The position numbers and the translations under genes were made by a program. A stretch of 63,977 nt of DNA, filler included, from an uncultured Acidimicrobiia bacterium (GTDB lineage: Bacteria; Actinomycetota; Acidimicrobiia; Spongiisociales; JAOTWH01), in the NCBI GenBank assembly GCA_964347285.1. It is 7 parts of 7 records of this genome, joined end to end, with 100 filler letters (N's around TTAATTAATTAA, not from the genome) between each part and the next. Parts side by side here need not be neighbours in the genome. Positions count along the whole stretch, not along the records: positions 31,362 to 40,899 come from CAYFYE010000092.1; positions 41,000 to 50,496 come from CAYFYE010000093.1; 5 more parts are not named here. The stretch is one strand, 5' to 3'. The stretch's first letter is position 1. The number at the start of each line of letters is the position of its first letter. The notes below the pieces were generated by a model, which made no database searches, had not been told where the DNA came from, and worked only from the letters and a program-made list of their open reading frames with translations. Of this stretch, positions 40,461 through 49,217 are shown one piece after another.

Positions 40461-40498
40461 AAACGCGAAAAACCCGCTGCGGTGGTACCGAGCGGGTT
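40461..40498 (-). terminator. Attenuator intrinsic terminator in the cysteine synthase leader
   Basis: Minus strand AACCCGCTCGGT-ACC-ACCG(C)AGCGGGTT followed by TTTCGCGTTT. Confidence 0.85.
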
Positions 40499-40525
40499 GC
40501 CTCGTAGGGTCTTGGGGCCGGTCGT

Positions 40526-40597
40526 CTAGGGGCGCGCCCGCTCGTGCTGTGCACAACAACAGCAGTTGCAGCAGCACGGGCAGAACAGCGCGTTCAT
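40526..40597 (-). CDS. Polycysteine leader peptide MNALFCPCCCNCCCCAQHERARP
   Basis: ATG at 40597 to TAG at 40526; 8 Cys in 10 consecutive codons; no SD, TAATCT 8 nt upstream; contains CGAGCGGG complementary to the terminator 5' arm. Confidence 0.88.
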   Translation of the reverse strand: MNALFCPCCCNCCCCAQHERARP

Positions 40598-40899
40598 GGG
40601 ACCACAGATTATCCACACCCGGGAAAAAAGCAACGGGGTTTCTGTCGGGCGACCGCTGTTCGGGCCGTCTGCCGGGAGGCGCGGTCGCCGGCGGCCGGGA
40701 CGTGCGCTGGCCGTGTCAGATCAGACCGGCATGGCAGTCGCCTCGCGGCCGGGCCGGCCGCTTCGAGCGCTGGGTCCACCCGCCGAGCCGGAGACCCGCG
40801 CATTTCCCGCCGCGAGGGATCCTGCTCGGGAGGCCGTTCCTCCGGCTCCGGTTCCTAGTCCCGGCCCGCTTCGACCAGCTTGGCGGCGAGACCGACGGG

Positions 40900-40999
40900 N
40901 NNNNNNNNNNNNNNNNNNNNNNNNNNNNNNNNNNNNNNNNNNNTTAATTAATTAANNNNNNNNNNNNNNNNNNNNNNNNNNNNNNNNNNNNNNNNNNNN
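40900..40999. other. Artificial contig linker
   Basis: N-TTAATTAATTAA-N. Confidence 0.98.
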
Positions 41000-41298
41000 C
41001 CCAGCCGGCCCCGATGGCGATCGAGAAAGTCCCAGTACAGGGTGGTGAAGGGACACGCGTCGTCGCCGACCCTCCGGCCGGGATCGAAGCGGCAGTCCCG
41101 GAAGCCGGCTTGTCGGAGAGCGGCAGCAAACTTGCGCATCGAGGCCAGGACGAAGTGGAGGCGCTGGCGGTGGAAGGGCCGGGTGCGCAGCGCCGCCCTG
41201 CTCTCGATCATGAGGATCGTGTCGCGGTCCGGGTCGGCGCTCGCCAGCGCGCCGATGCGAGTGTTGAGCTGGTCACCGAAGACCCAGATCGTTGGCAC
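41000..41298 (-). pseudogene. FeS cryptochrome/photolyase (PhrB/CryB-like) with large internal deletion
   Basis: N-terminal WVFGDQL...[16 protein letters not shown] joined directly to C-terminal DCRFDP...[16 protein letters not shown]. Confidence 0.8.
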
Positions 41299-41543
41299 GG
41301 GTCAGGCCCAGTCCGGCCGGCGGAGCCCGAAGTCGGTGGGGGGAGCGGGGTGAATTCGAGGGGTGGGCCCATTTGTGCACGGTCCGGGGCACGGCGCCAT
41401 GAAAGCCGAACCGGGTGAGTCCAGGCAACAGCTTCCTCGTCGACGAGCCCTCGGCTGGCCCTTGCCTTCAGTGATCGGCTCGTCGTTGTACGCGGTGCGC
41501 CGTGGGTCCTCGGCGCCGGCTCGGTTGTCGGTACCCGCCGATC

Positions 41544-41591
41544 CTGAGACCCGCCTGAGAACCGGATCCGTCGCCTTCAGACTCGCCTCAG
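41544..41591. promoter_or_regulatory. Two 11-bp-period hexamer direct repeats (OmpR-family/MprA-box-like)
   Basis: CTGAGA-N5-CTGAGA (41544-41560; TCTCAG-N5-TCTCAG on the minus strand) and CTTCAG-N5-CCTCAG (41575-41591). Confidence 0.45.
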
Positions 41592-41635
41592 GATTCCCGG
41601 CGCACTGTGGGGCCCAACGACCTGAGGAGTCATCC

Positions 41636-42349
41636 GTGAAGAAGTATCTGTGGTTCTTACCCGTGACGGCAATTGCGTTCACGGTTCTGGTCGTATCGGC
41701 CCTGGCCGCCCAGAGCACCACCGTCGAGCTGGCCCGGGCGACGGTCATCATCGAGGTGAACTCGACCGATGGTGACGCCGGCCTACAGGTGTCCTGGGAT
41801 GGGGAGGGGTGGAAGAGCATGGCGGTCTTCGCTCCCGACGGAGAGAAGATCCTCGATGTCGAGAACACCGGAGTGCTGGAGGGCTGGGGCCTCACCGAGG
41901 GGTTCTTCGAGAGCCGGGAGCCACCGTTCGACGAGGTTCCGCTCGAGGACTTCCTGGCCTTGTTCCCCGAGGGCGATTATGCCTTCCGCGGAACCACCAT
42001 CGGAGGCGATGAGCTGATCGGAACCGCAACGCTCAGCCACGTCATCCCGGCCGGCCTGAAGATCCTCTCCCCGCAGGAAGAGGCGGTGCCGGGGATCACC
42101 GAGGTCGTCATCAGCTGGGATCCGGGACCGCAGCCCTCCGGCGTCGAGATCATCGGATACGAGGTCGTCGTGGAAACCGAACAGGACCCCCTCAGGGTCT
42201 TCAGCGTTCGAAACCTGCCGGCGGCCACCACCTCCGTGTCGGTGCCTGCCGAGTTCCTGGCCGGGGCCACCGCCTTCAAGTTCGAGGTGCTGGCCATCGA
42301 TGCCGGTGGCAACCAGACCATTACCGAGGGAGCCTTCGAGACTGTGTGA
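41636..42349 (+). CDS. Secreted hypothetical protein with FN3-like C-terminus
   Basis: GAGGAG RBS, GTG start, signal peptide, acidic beta-rich body. Confidence 0.75.
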   Translation: MKKYLWFLPVTAIAFTVLVVSALAAQSTTVELARATVIIEVNSTDGDAGLQVSWDGEGWKSMAVFAPDGEKILDVENTGVLEGWGLTEGFFESREPPFDEVPLEDFLALFPEGDYAFRGTTIGGDELIGTATLSHVIPAGLKILSPQEEAVPGITEVVISWDPGPQPSGVEIIGYEVVVETEQDPLRVFSVRNLPAATTSVSVPAEFLAGATAFKFEVLAIDAGGNQTITEGAFETV

Positions 42350-42413
42350 TCAATATCGGCTCTGGGAGTGAGCACCACCAGAGCAGAACCCACCCGAGCC
42401 CTACCATGGCCCG

Positions 42414-42794
42414 ATGCGGGCTTGGGTGCTCTTGTTCGATGTTGCGGCCGTGGTCCTGTTTGTGACGATCGGGCGTGATACGCATGATGAAGGTCTCGCC
42501 TTCGGCGGCATCATCGGCACCGCCGCCCCGTTCCTCATCGCCTTGATGGCCGGCTGGGCGGCAACCCGGGCCTGGCGCCGTCCCGCTTCGCTCCCCACGG
42601 GCGTCGGCACCCTGGCGGTGACACTGGCCGGCGGCATGCTGCTGCGCGGCACGGTCTTCGACGAGGGCACGGCTGGGGCCTTCATCGTCGTAACGGCTGG
42701 TTTCCTCGCACCGACCATGATGGGATGGCGGGTCGTCGCCTTCCTGGTCCTACGCGGCCGGCCGGCGGCTCGAGTCTTTGTTGGGAGGCGTTGA
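42414..42794 (+). CDS. DUF3054 family membrane protein
   Basis: FVTIGRDTH, TAAPFLIAL, GMLLR, GWR pattern. Confidence 0.82.
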   Translation: MRAWVLLFDVAAVVLFVTIGRDTHDEGLAFGGIIGTAAPFLIALMAGWAATRAWRRPASLPTGVGTLAVTLAGGMLLRGTVFDEGTAGAFIVVTAGFLAPTMMGWRVVAFLVLRGRPAARVFVGRR

Positions 42795-42799
42795 GCGCA

Positions 42800-42960
42800 G
42801 GGTCGACCGGGTCTTCACCGAGGGCGACACGGAGGCCGTCGTGGGGAGCGAGGCGCTCACCGTCAGGGCCACGGGAGAAACGGTTCGAGGGACGATTCGT
42901 ATACGTTGTCCGGTTCGGGGACAGGAAGATCATGGAGTGCGACAACCTCGAATCGGTCGG
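42800..42960 (+). pseudogene. Possible SnoaL/NTF2-like gene remnant
   Basis: RVFTEGDTEAVVG...VRATG then a frame change to KRFEGRFVYVVRFGDRKI. Confidence 0.4.
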
Positions 42961-43001
42961 CGTCGGTGCTCGGGAACAGCAGCCAAGGCCGACGGCAGCC
43001 T

Positions 43002-43517
43002 CTAGTAGTCGAACGGGATGAGTTCGCCGCCGTGGCCGATGAGGAACACGTCCAGTTGCGACCAAGCGGCCGGGTCGCCACCCATCCCCGGTGAATCGGA
43101 CGGCATTCCGGGCACGGCGATCCCCACCGCATCGGGCCGCTCGGCGACGAGTCGGGCGATCGCTTCAGCGGGCACATGACCTTCGACGGCATAACCGCCG
43201 ACGAAGGCCGTGTGGCACGAGGCCGCCTCCGTTGGAATGCCCAGGTCGTTTCTCCTTTGCTCGAGGTCGGGATCGGCTTCCGCGACGACCGTCGCGCCGT
43301 GGTCGCGCATGTACGCGGCCCACTCTTCGCAGCAGCCTCAGCCAACCGCGTGGTGGATCTCCACACCGAGCCCGCTCAGGTCGGCCTCGTCCAGTTGCGT
43401 CGTTGGCGTTGTGTCGGCGGAGCCATTGCTACCGCCGCAGCCGGCGACGGCCAGCACGGAGCCGATCAGCAGGATCCCGGCCGCCCATCCGGCGTGGGAC
43501 CGTCGATGTCGATGCAT
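43002..43517 (-). CDS. DUF411 metal-binding lipoprotein with in-frame TGA (UGCC; candidate selenoprotein)
   Basis: Lipobox AVAGC; EIHHAVG-TGA(43338-40)-GCCEEWAAYM...SCHTA...VEGHVPA...GIAVPGMPSDSPGM all in one frame. Confidence 0.85.
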
Positions 43518-43871
43518 ATCGCGTCCTCGTGACTTGCGATGCACCGAGTCTGTTTATCGGCACGGGCCACGGGTAGGGCCTAAGGTCCCCTAAGGGACGC
43601 CCCATTGGGCGGACTGCTCCGAGCCATCTTCGTCGCGGGATCTCGTGAGACGTTGCTGGTCGACGCAGCGCCCGCATCGGAAACCGCCCTCACGAATGTC
43701 ACGAAGAGCCGATCTCCCTATCTGCGGCTTGGTCGGCAAGGCGGAAGGGGGCGAAGGGTGACGCTTCGACGGCTTCGTGATGCCCCGACCCTCACCGGTC
43801 CCACCGGCACGGCACCACCCACGGCTACGGCTACGGCTACGGCCGACGTTGTGAGACCTCCGCCGCACCCC

Positions 43872-45563
43872 TCATTGCACCTCTCGCCGTCCCTCCTCCG
43901 GCGGGACCCAGATGCGTGCCTCGGAAGCTCCCCGTTCGATGATGGAGAACCGGTTCCGTTCCACGTCCACCCACGGGCCGATCTCTCCGTCCGGCCACCG
44001 GACCCGGACCTCGGCCCCGTCGGCCGTCGCCAGTCCGAAGTGGATCCATCCGAGCTGTCCTCCAGCATGCCCGCCGCCGATCGTGAGCTCGCGTCGAGTG
44101 GTGCCGTCGCCCGTCCTCACCTCGATCCAGGCTCCGATGGCGTCACGGTTCGCACCCGGCTGCGCCAGGCGCAGCGCAATCCAGTTGCCCATCGGCTCGG
44201 GATCGGTATCGATGCCAAACCCGACATTCCGCCACAACCGGACGTTCTCACGGCGGTTCACCTCGACCAGGTCGAGCATGCCGTCGAGATTGAAGTCGGC
44301 CAGGGCGGCGCCCCGGCCCCGTCCGAGGCTGAGAATCCCGGCGGATCGAGCGCTCTCGGTGAACGTGCCGTCCGGATTGCCCAGCAGCAAATTGCTGGGG
44401 TCGTCGGCGGCGTAGTCGGCCTGAGCCTCGACGTTGCCCTTGGAGATGAAGAGGTCGACCAGGCCGTCGTTGTTGACGTCCTGGAACTCCGGGTGCCACG
44501 CGGTGGAGGGCTGCACCTCGTCGCCCACGAACGGGCGATGAGCGGTGACGCCTCGTCGGATGGCGATGTCTCCGTACGTAGGCCGTGAGGGGCCTTCGAC
44601 CAGGGTCTGCAGCTTGTTGTCGCCCTGGCTCGTCAGGAACACCTCGGGAAGCTCGTCACCCGTCAGATCCTGTGTGGCGATGCCCATCCCCCAGATCTGC
44701 ATTGCCTCCCAGCCGTCGGCGTCGGAATAGAGGCGCGGTGGCTCGCCCTCCTCGATGCGCCACAGCTGTTCTCCCCCCTCCAGGTAGTAGTGCCGGTCGT
44801 TGGTCATGCGCAGGTCGCGCCGGCCGGATGCGTTCCAGTCGCCGAAGAGCACCGAGAGGGTGCACAATCCGGGACTCAACTCTGTCGGTGGGCCGTACTC
44901 CCTCCCATCGGCGGCCGGTCGAAGCAGCTCGCTCGGGGCACAGGTGCGGGCCGGCTCGCCCGCCTTGGGGATGTTCAGGTAGTTGCCGAACGCCAGGGTG
45001 GGGAGGCTCGCCGACCCCTCCCACGTGGCGCTGAAGGCGGCCGTCCACTCCCGTCCGCCCTCCAACAACAGCTGCTCGTTGGCCCGCTCGAACCGGCAGT
45101 CACCGCGCCCTCGCAGGAGCACATTTTCCCCCACCCGGAGCACGGCGATATCGATGAGCCCGTCGCCGTCGATGTCGAGGGGATACGCCCCGGCCACCCC
45201 GGTGAGGTCGGTGACCGGATCGGACACCGGCGAAAAGCGCAGCGCCCCACCGACCGGGCTCTCGTTGCGAAAGAGACCGGCCGGGTTGGTGCCGCCGGCG
45301 AAGTAGAGGTCGGGCTTGCCGTCGTCGTTGCAGTCGAACACGGCCACTCCACCGCCGACGAAGAACACGAACTCTCCGTCGTAGGCATGACGGATTCCAG
45401 ACGAGGACGTCTCCTCGACAAAGCGCGGCGGACTCACCGTCTCCGGATCGTCTGAGGCCCAGAGCTCGGTGGCCAGGAAGAAGACGCCGCTACCGGCGAG
45501 GATCCCGGTCGCGAGACCGCCGGCGAACCACCCCCACCTCGCCCTGCCGCTTCGCGGGTTCAT
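43872..45563 (-). CDS. CRTAC1-like FG-GAP/VCBS repeat + ASPIC/UnbV protein
   Basis: DCNDDGKPDL, DIDGDGLID, DVNNDGLVDL, DFNLDGMLDL; NRDAIGA...IHFGLA...VRWPDG; ATGA overlap with the upstream gene. Confidence 0.88.
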   Translation of the reverse strand: MNPRSGRARWGWFAGGLATGILAGSGVFFLATELWASDDPETVSPPRFVEETSSSGIRHAYDGEFVFFVGGGVAVFDCNDDGKPDLYFAGGTNPAGLFRNESPVGGALRFSPVSDPVTDLTGVAGAYPLDIDGDGLIDIAVLRVGENVLLRGRGDCRFERANEQLLLEGGREWTAAFSATWEGSASLPTLAFGNYLNIPKAGEPARTCAPSELLRPAADGREYGPPTELSPGLCTLSVLFGDWNASGRRDLRMTNDRHYYLEGGEQLWRIEEGEPPRLYSDADGWEAMQIWGMGIATQDLTGDELPEVFLTSQGDNKLQTLVEGPSRPTYGDIAIRRGVTAHRPFVGDEVQPSTAWHPEFQDVNNDGLVDLFISKGNVEAQADYAADDPSNLLLGNPDGTFTESARSAGILSLGRGRGAALADFNLDGMLDLVEVNRRENVRLWRNVGFGIDTDPEPMGNWIALRLAQPGANRDAIGAWIEVRTGDGTTRRELTIGGGHAGGQLGWIHFGLATADGAEVRVRWPDGEIGPWVDVERNRFSIIERGASEARIWVPPEEGRREVQ

Positions 45564-47428
45564 TCGCTCTCCCCGTAGTAGCGCTGCGCCTCGGCCCAGG
45601 CCGCCCTCCCCACGGCTGCCCCCATGATCCGTCCCTGCAGATCGTCGGCCCTGACGTGGATTCCCCCGTAGAGCCGCGACAGCCCGGCCTGATCGGCGGC
45701 ATCGGCGTACGTCGCCCACTGCAAGACGACGTCCTCCGTAGGTCCGGCCTCGAATTCCAGTGACCCGGCCGGGATCGTCCATTGCCCCAGCCCACCCGGG
45801 AAGAACTCGCTCCCTGTGAAGCCGGCAAGCACCTCGGCAGAGGCACGACTGAACGTGCTGTGGCCGGAGACGTAGCCGGCGAACGAGGGGGTGACAAAGG
45901 TGGGCAGCTGATAGGGGACCCAGTCCACCGCCCGGATCCACTCGACCCCGCCGGTCTCGAGAATGGGGTCTGCGGGCGTTCCAGTCCACGAGCGCACGGC
46001 GATCTCATCCTCGTGTCCGCGGAGCTGCTCGTGGCGGCCACCGGGGGCGGTGGTGGCGTCGGTGACCTCCTCGACCAGGCCCGGGACGAGGGGCAGTCCG
46101 TCGGGGTGATAAGAGAGAGACTCGAGGTCGCTGGACTGGCCCAACCCTCCCATGTAGCGAATCATCGAGATCGGACGGGCGTAGTCGTAGTAGCCCTTGG
46201 CTCCCCAGGCGGCGACGGCGGCATCGTGATTCGCCCCATTGAGCGCCAGGTACAGCTTGACGTCCCACTCGAGCCGGTCGACGACGGATCCGGCACCGCC
46301 GATTCTCAGGTCGGGAGCCAGCTCATCCGAGACGACGTTGGCAATCGCGTTCCAGTGGCCGGGCGGGGTCTCCGAGTTCGGACCGTCGGCCCAGAACTCG
46401 GCCAGGACCCTGCCGAAATCGGCCTGGTTGACGAGATTGGGTGGGTAGGGGTCCCCGGTCACGGGATTGACCGGATGCCCGTTGCCCTCATAGGAGCCGA
46501 GGGGGGCGGCGCCGAGCGCTGCCGGCGAGACGTCGATCGTTATCCCGGCGCCCGCGTCGAGCAGGCTGCTGTAGCGGATCACCTCGACCGCGGATTCCTT
46601 GAAGGCCTGGTCCGAGTCGAGGTCTCCCAGATACGGTGGGGGGCCGGGGTCGATGGGCAGGCCCTCGGTCCCGCCGCCGGGCAACGCGAATCCGGCGACC
46701 CGACCCCAGTGGGGGCCGATGAAGGACTGGAGACCGCCCTCGATCGGTATCTCGTTTTGGGAGACCATCTGCTCGATCTGCAGGGGCTGCCACCGGTTGG
46801 GATCGGTCATCGTCGTGCCGGGAGCGGCGACCTCCAGTGGAGCATTGACCGGTTCATAGTCGGGGTCGACGTAGCCGCTCGCTTCGTTCGATCCGTCCTC
46901 CAGTCCAGCCGCAAAGACCGCCGCGGCGATCCGGTTGCCGAGGGCGGCGGGCGCAGGGCCATCGGTCGTGATGATGTCGACCGGGTAGCACAGCGACGCC
47001 ATGAGATCGTCGAACTCGGGGATGGAATCGGAGGCTCCTGCCGAGCCGAGGTAGCGGTGTTCGAGCACCCGGTAGGCGGCATAGCTGATGGCCTCGTTGC
47101 GGGCCGCCTCCACATCCGGTGCCGTGTGCTCCTCGGTGACGAAGTAGCCGGTGGCGTTCGGCTCGTAGGCGGCCCAGGCATCCCACATCGCCGCCGACGT
47201 GTGGAACAGGTTGCGGGCGTGGACCGTGGGTGCGGGGAGATCGCGCCGGATGGCGTTCAGGAGGCTCTCGTTCCATTGCCGGGCCACCGACCACTCGGGG
47301 TGGCTCGGGTCGGGGTCGCACGCGGACTCACTCCAGGCGCGTGACAGCGACAATCCGCCGACGGCGAGCACGAATCCGAGAAGTGCCCCCACCCCCATCG
47401 CCGTAGGTTTCGATCGCATGGTCGCCAT
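45560..47428 (-). CDS. Vanadium-dependent haloperoxidase/PAP2 superfamily protein, secreted
   Basis: AKGYYDYARP, PSFAGYVSGHSTFS, SRLYGGIH vanadate/phosphate motifs; PTVHARNL N-domain; signal peptide. Confidence 0.85.
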   Translation of the reverse strand: MATMRSKPTAMGVGALLGFVLAVGGLSLSRAWSESACDPDPSHPEWSVARQWNESLLNAIRRDLPAPTVHARNLFHTSAAMWDAWAAYEPNATGYFVTEEHTAPDVEAARNEAISYAAYRVLEHRYLGSAGASDSIPEFDDLMASLCYPVDIITTDGPAPAALGNRIAAAVFAAGLEDGSNEASGYVDPDYEPVNAPLEVAAPGTTMTDPNRWQPLQIEQMVSQNEIPIEGGLQSFIGPHWGRVAGFALPGGGTEGLPIDPGPPPYLGDLDSDQAFKESAVEVIRYSSLLDAGAGITIDVSPAALGAAPLGSYEGNGHPVNPVTGDPYPPNLVNQADFGRVLAEFWADGPNSETPPGHWNAIANVVSDELAPDLRIGGAGSVVDRLEWDVKLYLALNGANHDAAVAAWGAKGYYDYARPISMIRYMGGLGQSSDLESLSYHPDGLPLVPGLVEEVTDATTAPGGRHEQLRGHEDEIAVRSWTGTPADPILETGGVEWIRAVDWVPYQLPTFVTPSFAGYVSGHSTFSRASAEVLAGFTGSEFFPGGLGQWTIPAGSLEFEAGPTEDVVLQWATYADAADQAGLSRLYGGIHVRADDLQGRIMGAAVGRAAWAEAQRYYGESE

Positions 47429-47672
47429 AGCTCGGCCGCTCTCACCTCTCCGGAGGGGCATCGTATGGACACGGGTGAAGGCTCGCGGGAGTCGCGGCGC
47501 CACAGGACTCCGGCACCCCTGGGTCGACCGGAATCGTAGTGCCAGGGGCGGTGGAGCAGGCGGGTGTCGGCCGATCACCCCCGGACCTCAGGCGCCCTGA
47601 AGTGTGCCAACGCCACGCCACAGTCGGTAGAGCTGGCCCCGCTGCCGAGCGCACAACCTAACCTGGCTCACC

Positions 47673-49181
47673 ATGACACCACCAGAGGCGCCGGGGCCGG
47701 TCACCGACCTCGATTGGGATCCGGACCGGGCCCACGCATTCGGCCGGGCGGTGCTGGAGATCTGGATCGAGCTGCTGGGTCGGCTCGACGACGACCTGCC
47801 GGTGGGCCGTTCCCAACGAGCCGACGAGGTGCGCCGGGAAGTGGCGCTCGAGATCCCGGCGGAGCCGATGGCTCTCGACGACATCGTTACCCACCTGCGC
47901 CGGGTCGCGTTCGAGCGATCTGTCTATCCCGGTCATTCCCGATTCCTGGCCTACATCAGCGGCGCCGGGACGGTCCCGGGCGCGGCCGCCGACCTGCTGG
48001 CGGCCGGCCTCAATCAGAACGTAGGAGGGTGGCGATTGTCCCCGGCTGCCACCGAGATCGAGCAACACATGGTCGGCTGGTTCGCCCGGCGGTTCGGGTT
48101 GCCGGAGACGGCGATGGGGTTCATCACCTCAGGCGGGGCCATGGCCAATCTCATCGGTCTGGCCGTGGCCCGCACCGTGAGGGCCGGCTGGGACGTGCGC
48201 TCCGAGGGGATTCGCGAGGGGCCGCCGTTGACCATCTACGCATCGTCGGAGGTCCACGACACCGTCGATCGGGCCGCCCAGATCCTCGGCATCGGCGACG
48301 CCGGAGTGCGCCGCATCGAAGTCGACGAGCACCAACGGATGAAACCGGCCGCTCTCCGGGAGGCCATCGCGGCCGACGTCGAGGCGGGGCGGCGGCCCAT
48401 CACCGCCGTCGGCACCGCCGGGACGGTCGGGACCGGGGCCATCGATCCGCTCGGCGACATCGCCGACATCTGCGGGGAGTATGGGGTGTGGTTCCACGTC
48501 GACGGGGCCTACGGTGGATCGGCGGCGCTGGTCTCGGCCCTCCGCCCTCTTTTCGACGGCATCGAGCGGGCCGATTCGATCGGCTTCGATCCTCACAAGT
48601 GGCTCTACACGCCCATCTCCGGGGGCTGCATCGTGGTCCGCGACCGGGCCCATCTCGCCGACGCCTTTGCCGTGCAGCCCGCCTATACGTTCAAGGACGA
48701 GGAGCAGACCGGCTGGGGCATCGATCTCTACGAGCTGAGCCCCCACTTCACGCGCGGATTCGGCGCCCTGAAGATCTGGGTGTCGCTGCTTGCCCACGGC
48801 TGGGACGCCTACGAACGGCGCATCAGCCACGACGTGGCATTGGCCCGTTATCTCCACGAGAGGGCGGCCCATCATCCCGAGCTCGAGGCGTGGGGCACGC
48901 CCACCCTGTCCATCGCCTGTTTCCGCTATGTGCCGCCCGACCTCGGCGAGGGCCCGGGCCGAGAGGAGTACTTGGACCGGCTCAACGAACAGATCCTCGT
49001 CGAGCTGCAGCTGGGGGGCCGGGTGTTCCCCTCCAACGCCGTGATCGAGGGACGTTTCACCTTGCGGGCTTGCATCGTGAACTTCCGGACCGAGGCCGAA
49101 GATCTCGATGCGCTGGTGGACGAGACGGCCGAGCACGGGCGGCGCCTCGATCAGGAGCTGCGGCCTCCTTCGTTGCGCTGA
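47673..49181 (+). CDS. Group II PLP-dependent (aromatic amino acid-type) decarboxylase
   Basis: TSGGAMAN, TAGTVGTGAIDPL, WFHVDGAYGG, DPHKWL. Confidence 0.9.
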   Translation: MTPPEAPGPVTDLDWDPDRAHAFGRAVLEIWIELLGRLDDDLPVGRSQRADEVRREVALEIPAEPMALDDIVTHLRRVAFERSVYPGHSRFLAYISGAGTVPGAAADLLAAGLNQNVGGWRLSPAATEIEQHMVGWFARRFGLPETAMGFITSGGAMANLIGLAVARTVRAGWDVRSEGIREGPPLTIYASSEVHDTVDRAAQILGIGDAGVRRIEVDEHQRMKPAALREAIAADVEAGRRPITAVGTAGTVGTGAIDPLGDIADICGEYGVWFHVDGAYGGSAALVSALRPLFDGIERADSIGFDPHKWLYTPISGGCIVVRDRAHLADAFAVQPAYTFKDEEQTGWGIDLYELSPHFTRGFGALKIWVSLLAHGWDAYERRISHDVALARYLHERAAHHPELEAWGTPTLSIACFRYVPPDLGEGPGREEYLDRLNEQILVELQLGGRVFPSNAVIEGRFTLRACIVNFRTEAEDLDALVDETAEHGRRLDQELRPPSLR

Positions 49182-49217
49182 GGCACCAGCACCGGAGGCG
49201 GGCGGTCTGAGATACAT

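Noticed and set aside
40609..40617. Perfect DnaA box TTATCCACA
   Set aside because: A single box overlapping the leader's putative -10; no box cluster, AT-rich unwinding element or dnaA/dnaN, so not oriC. A regulatory role cannot be excluded.
10233..43340. Genome-wide UGA reassignment as the explanation for the in-frame TGAs
   Set aside because: Many ordinary genes end in TGA, including ATGA overlaps, and Trp is TGG; read-through appears only at Cys positions.
43590..43868. Small ORFs between the CRTAC1-like and DUF411 genes
   Set aside because: Low-complexity, Arg-rich frames with a short CGGCTA repeat and no recognisable family.
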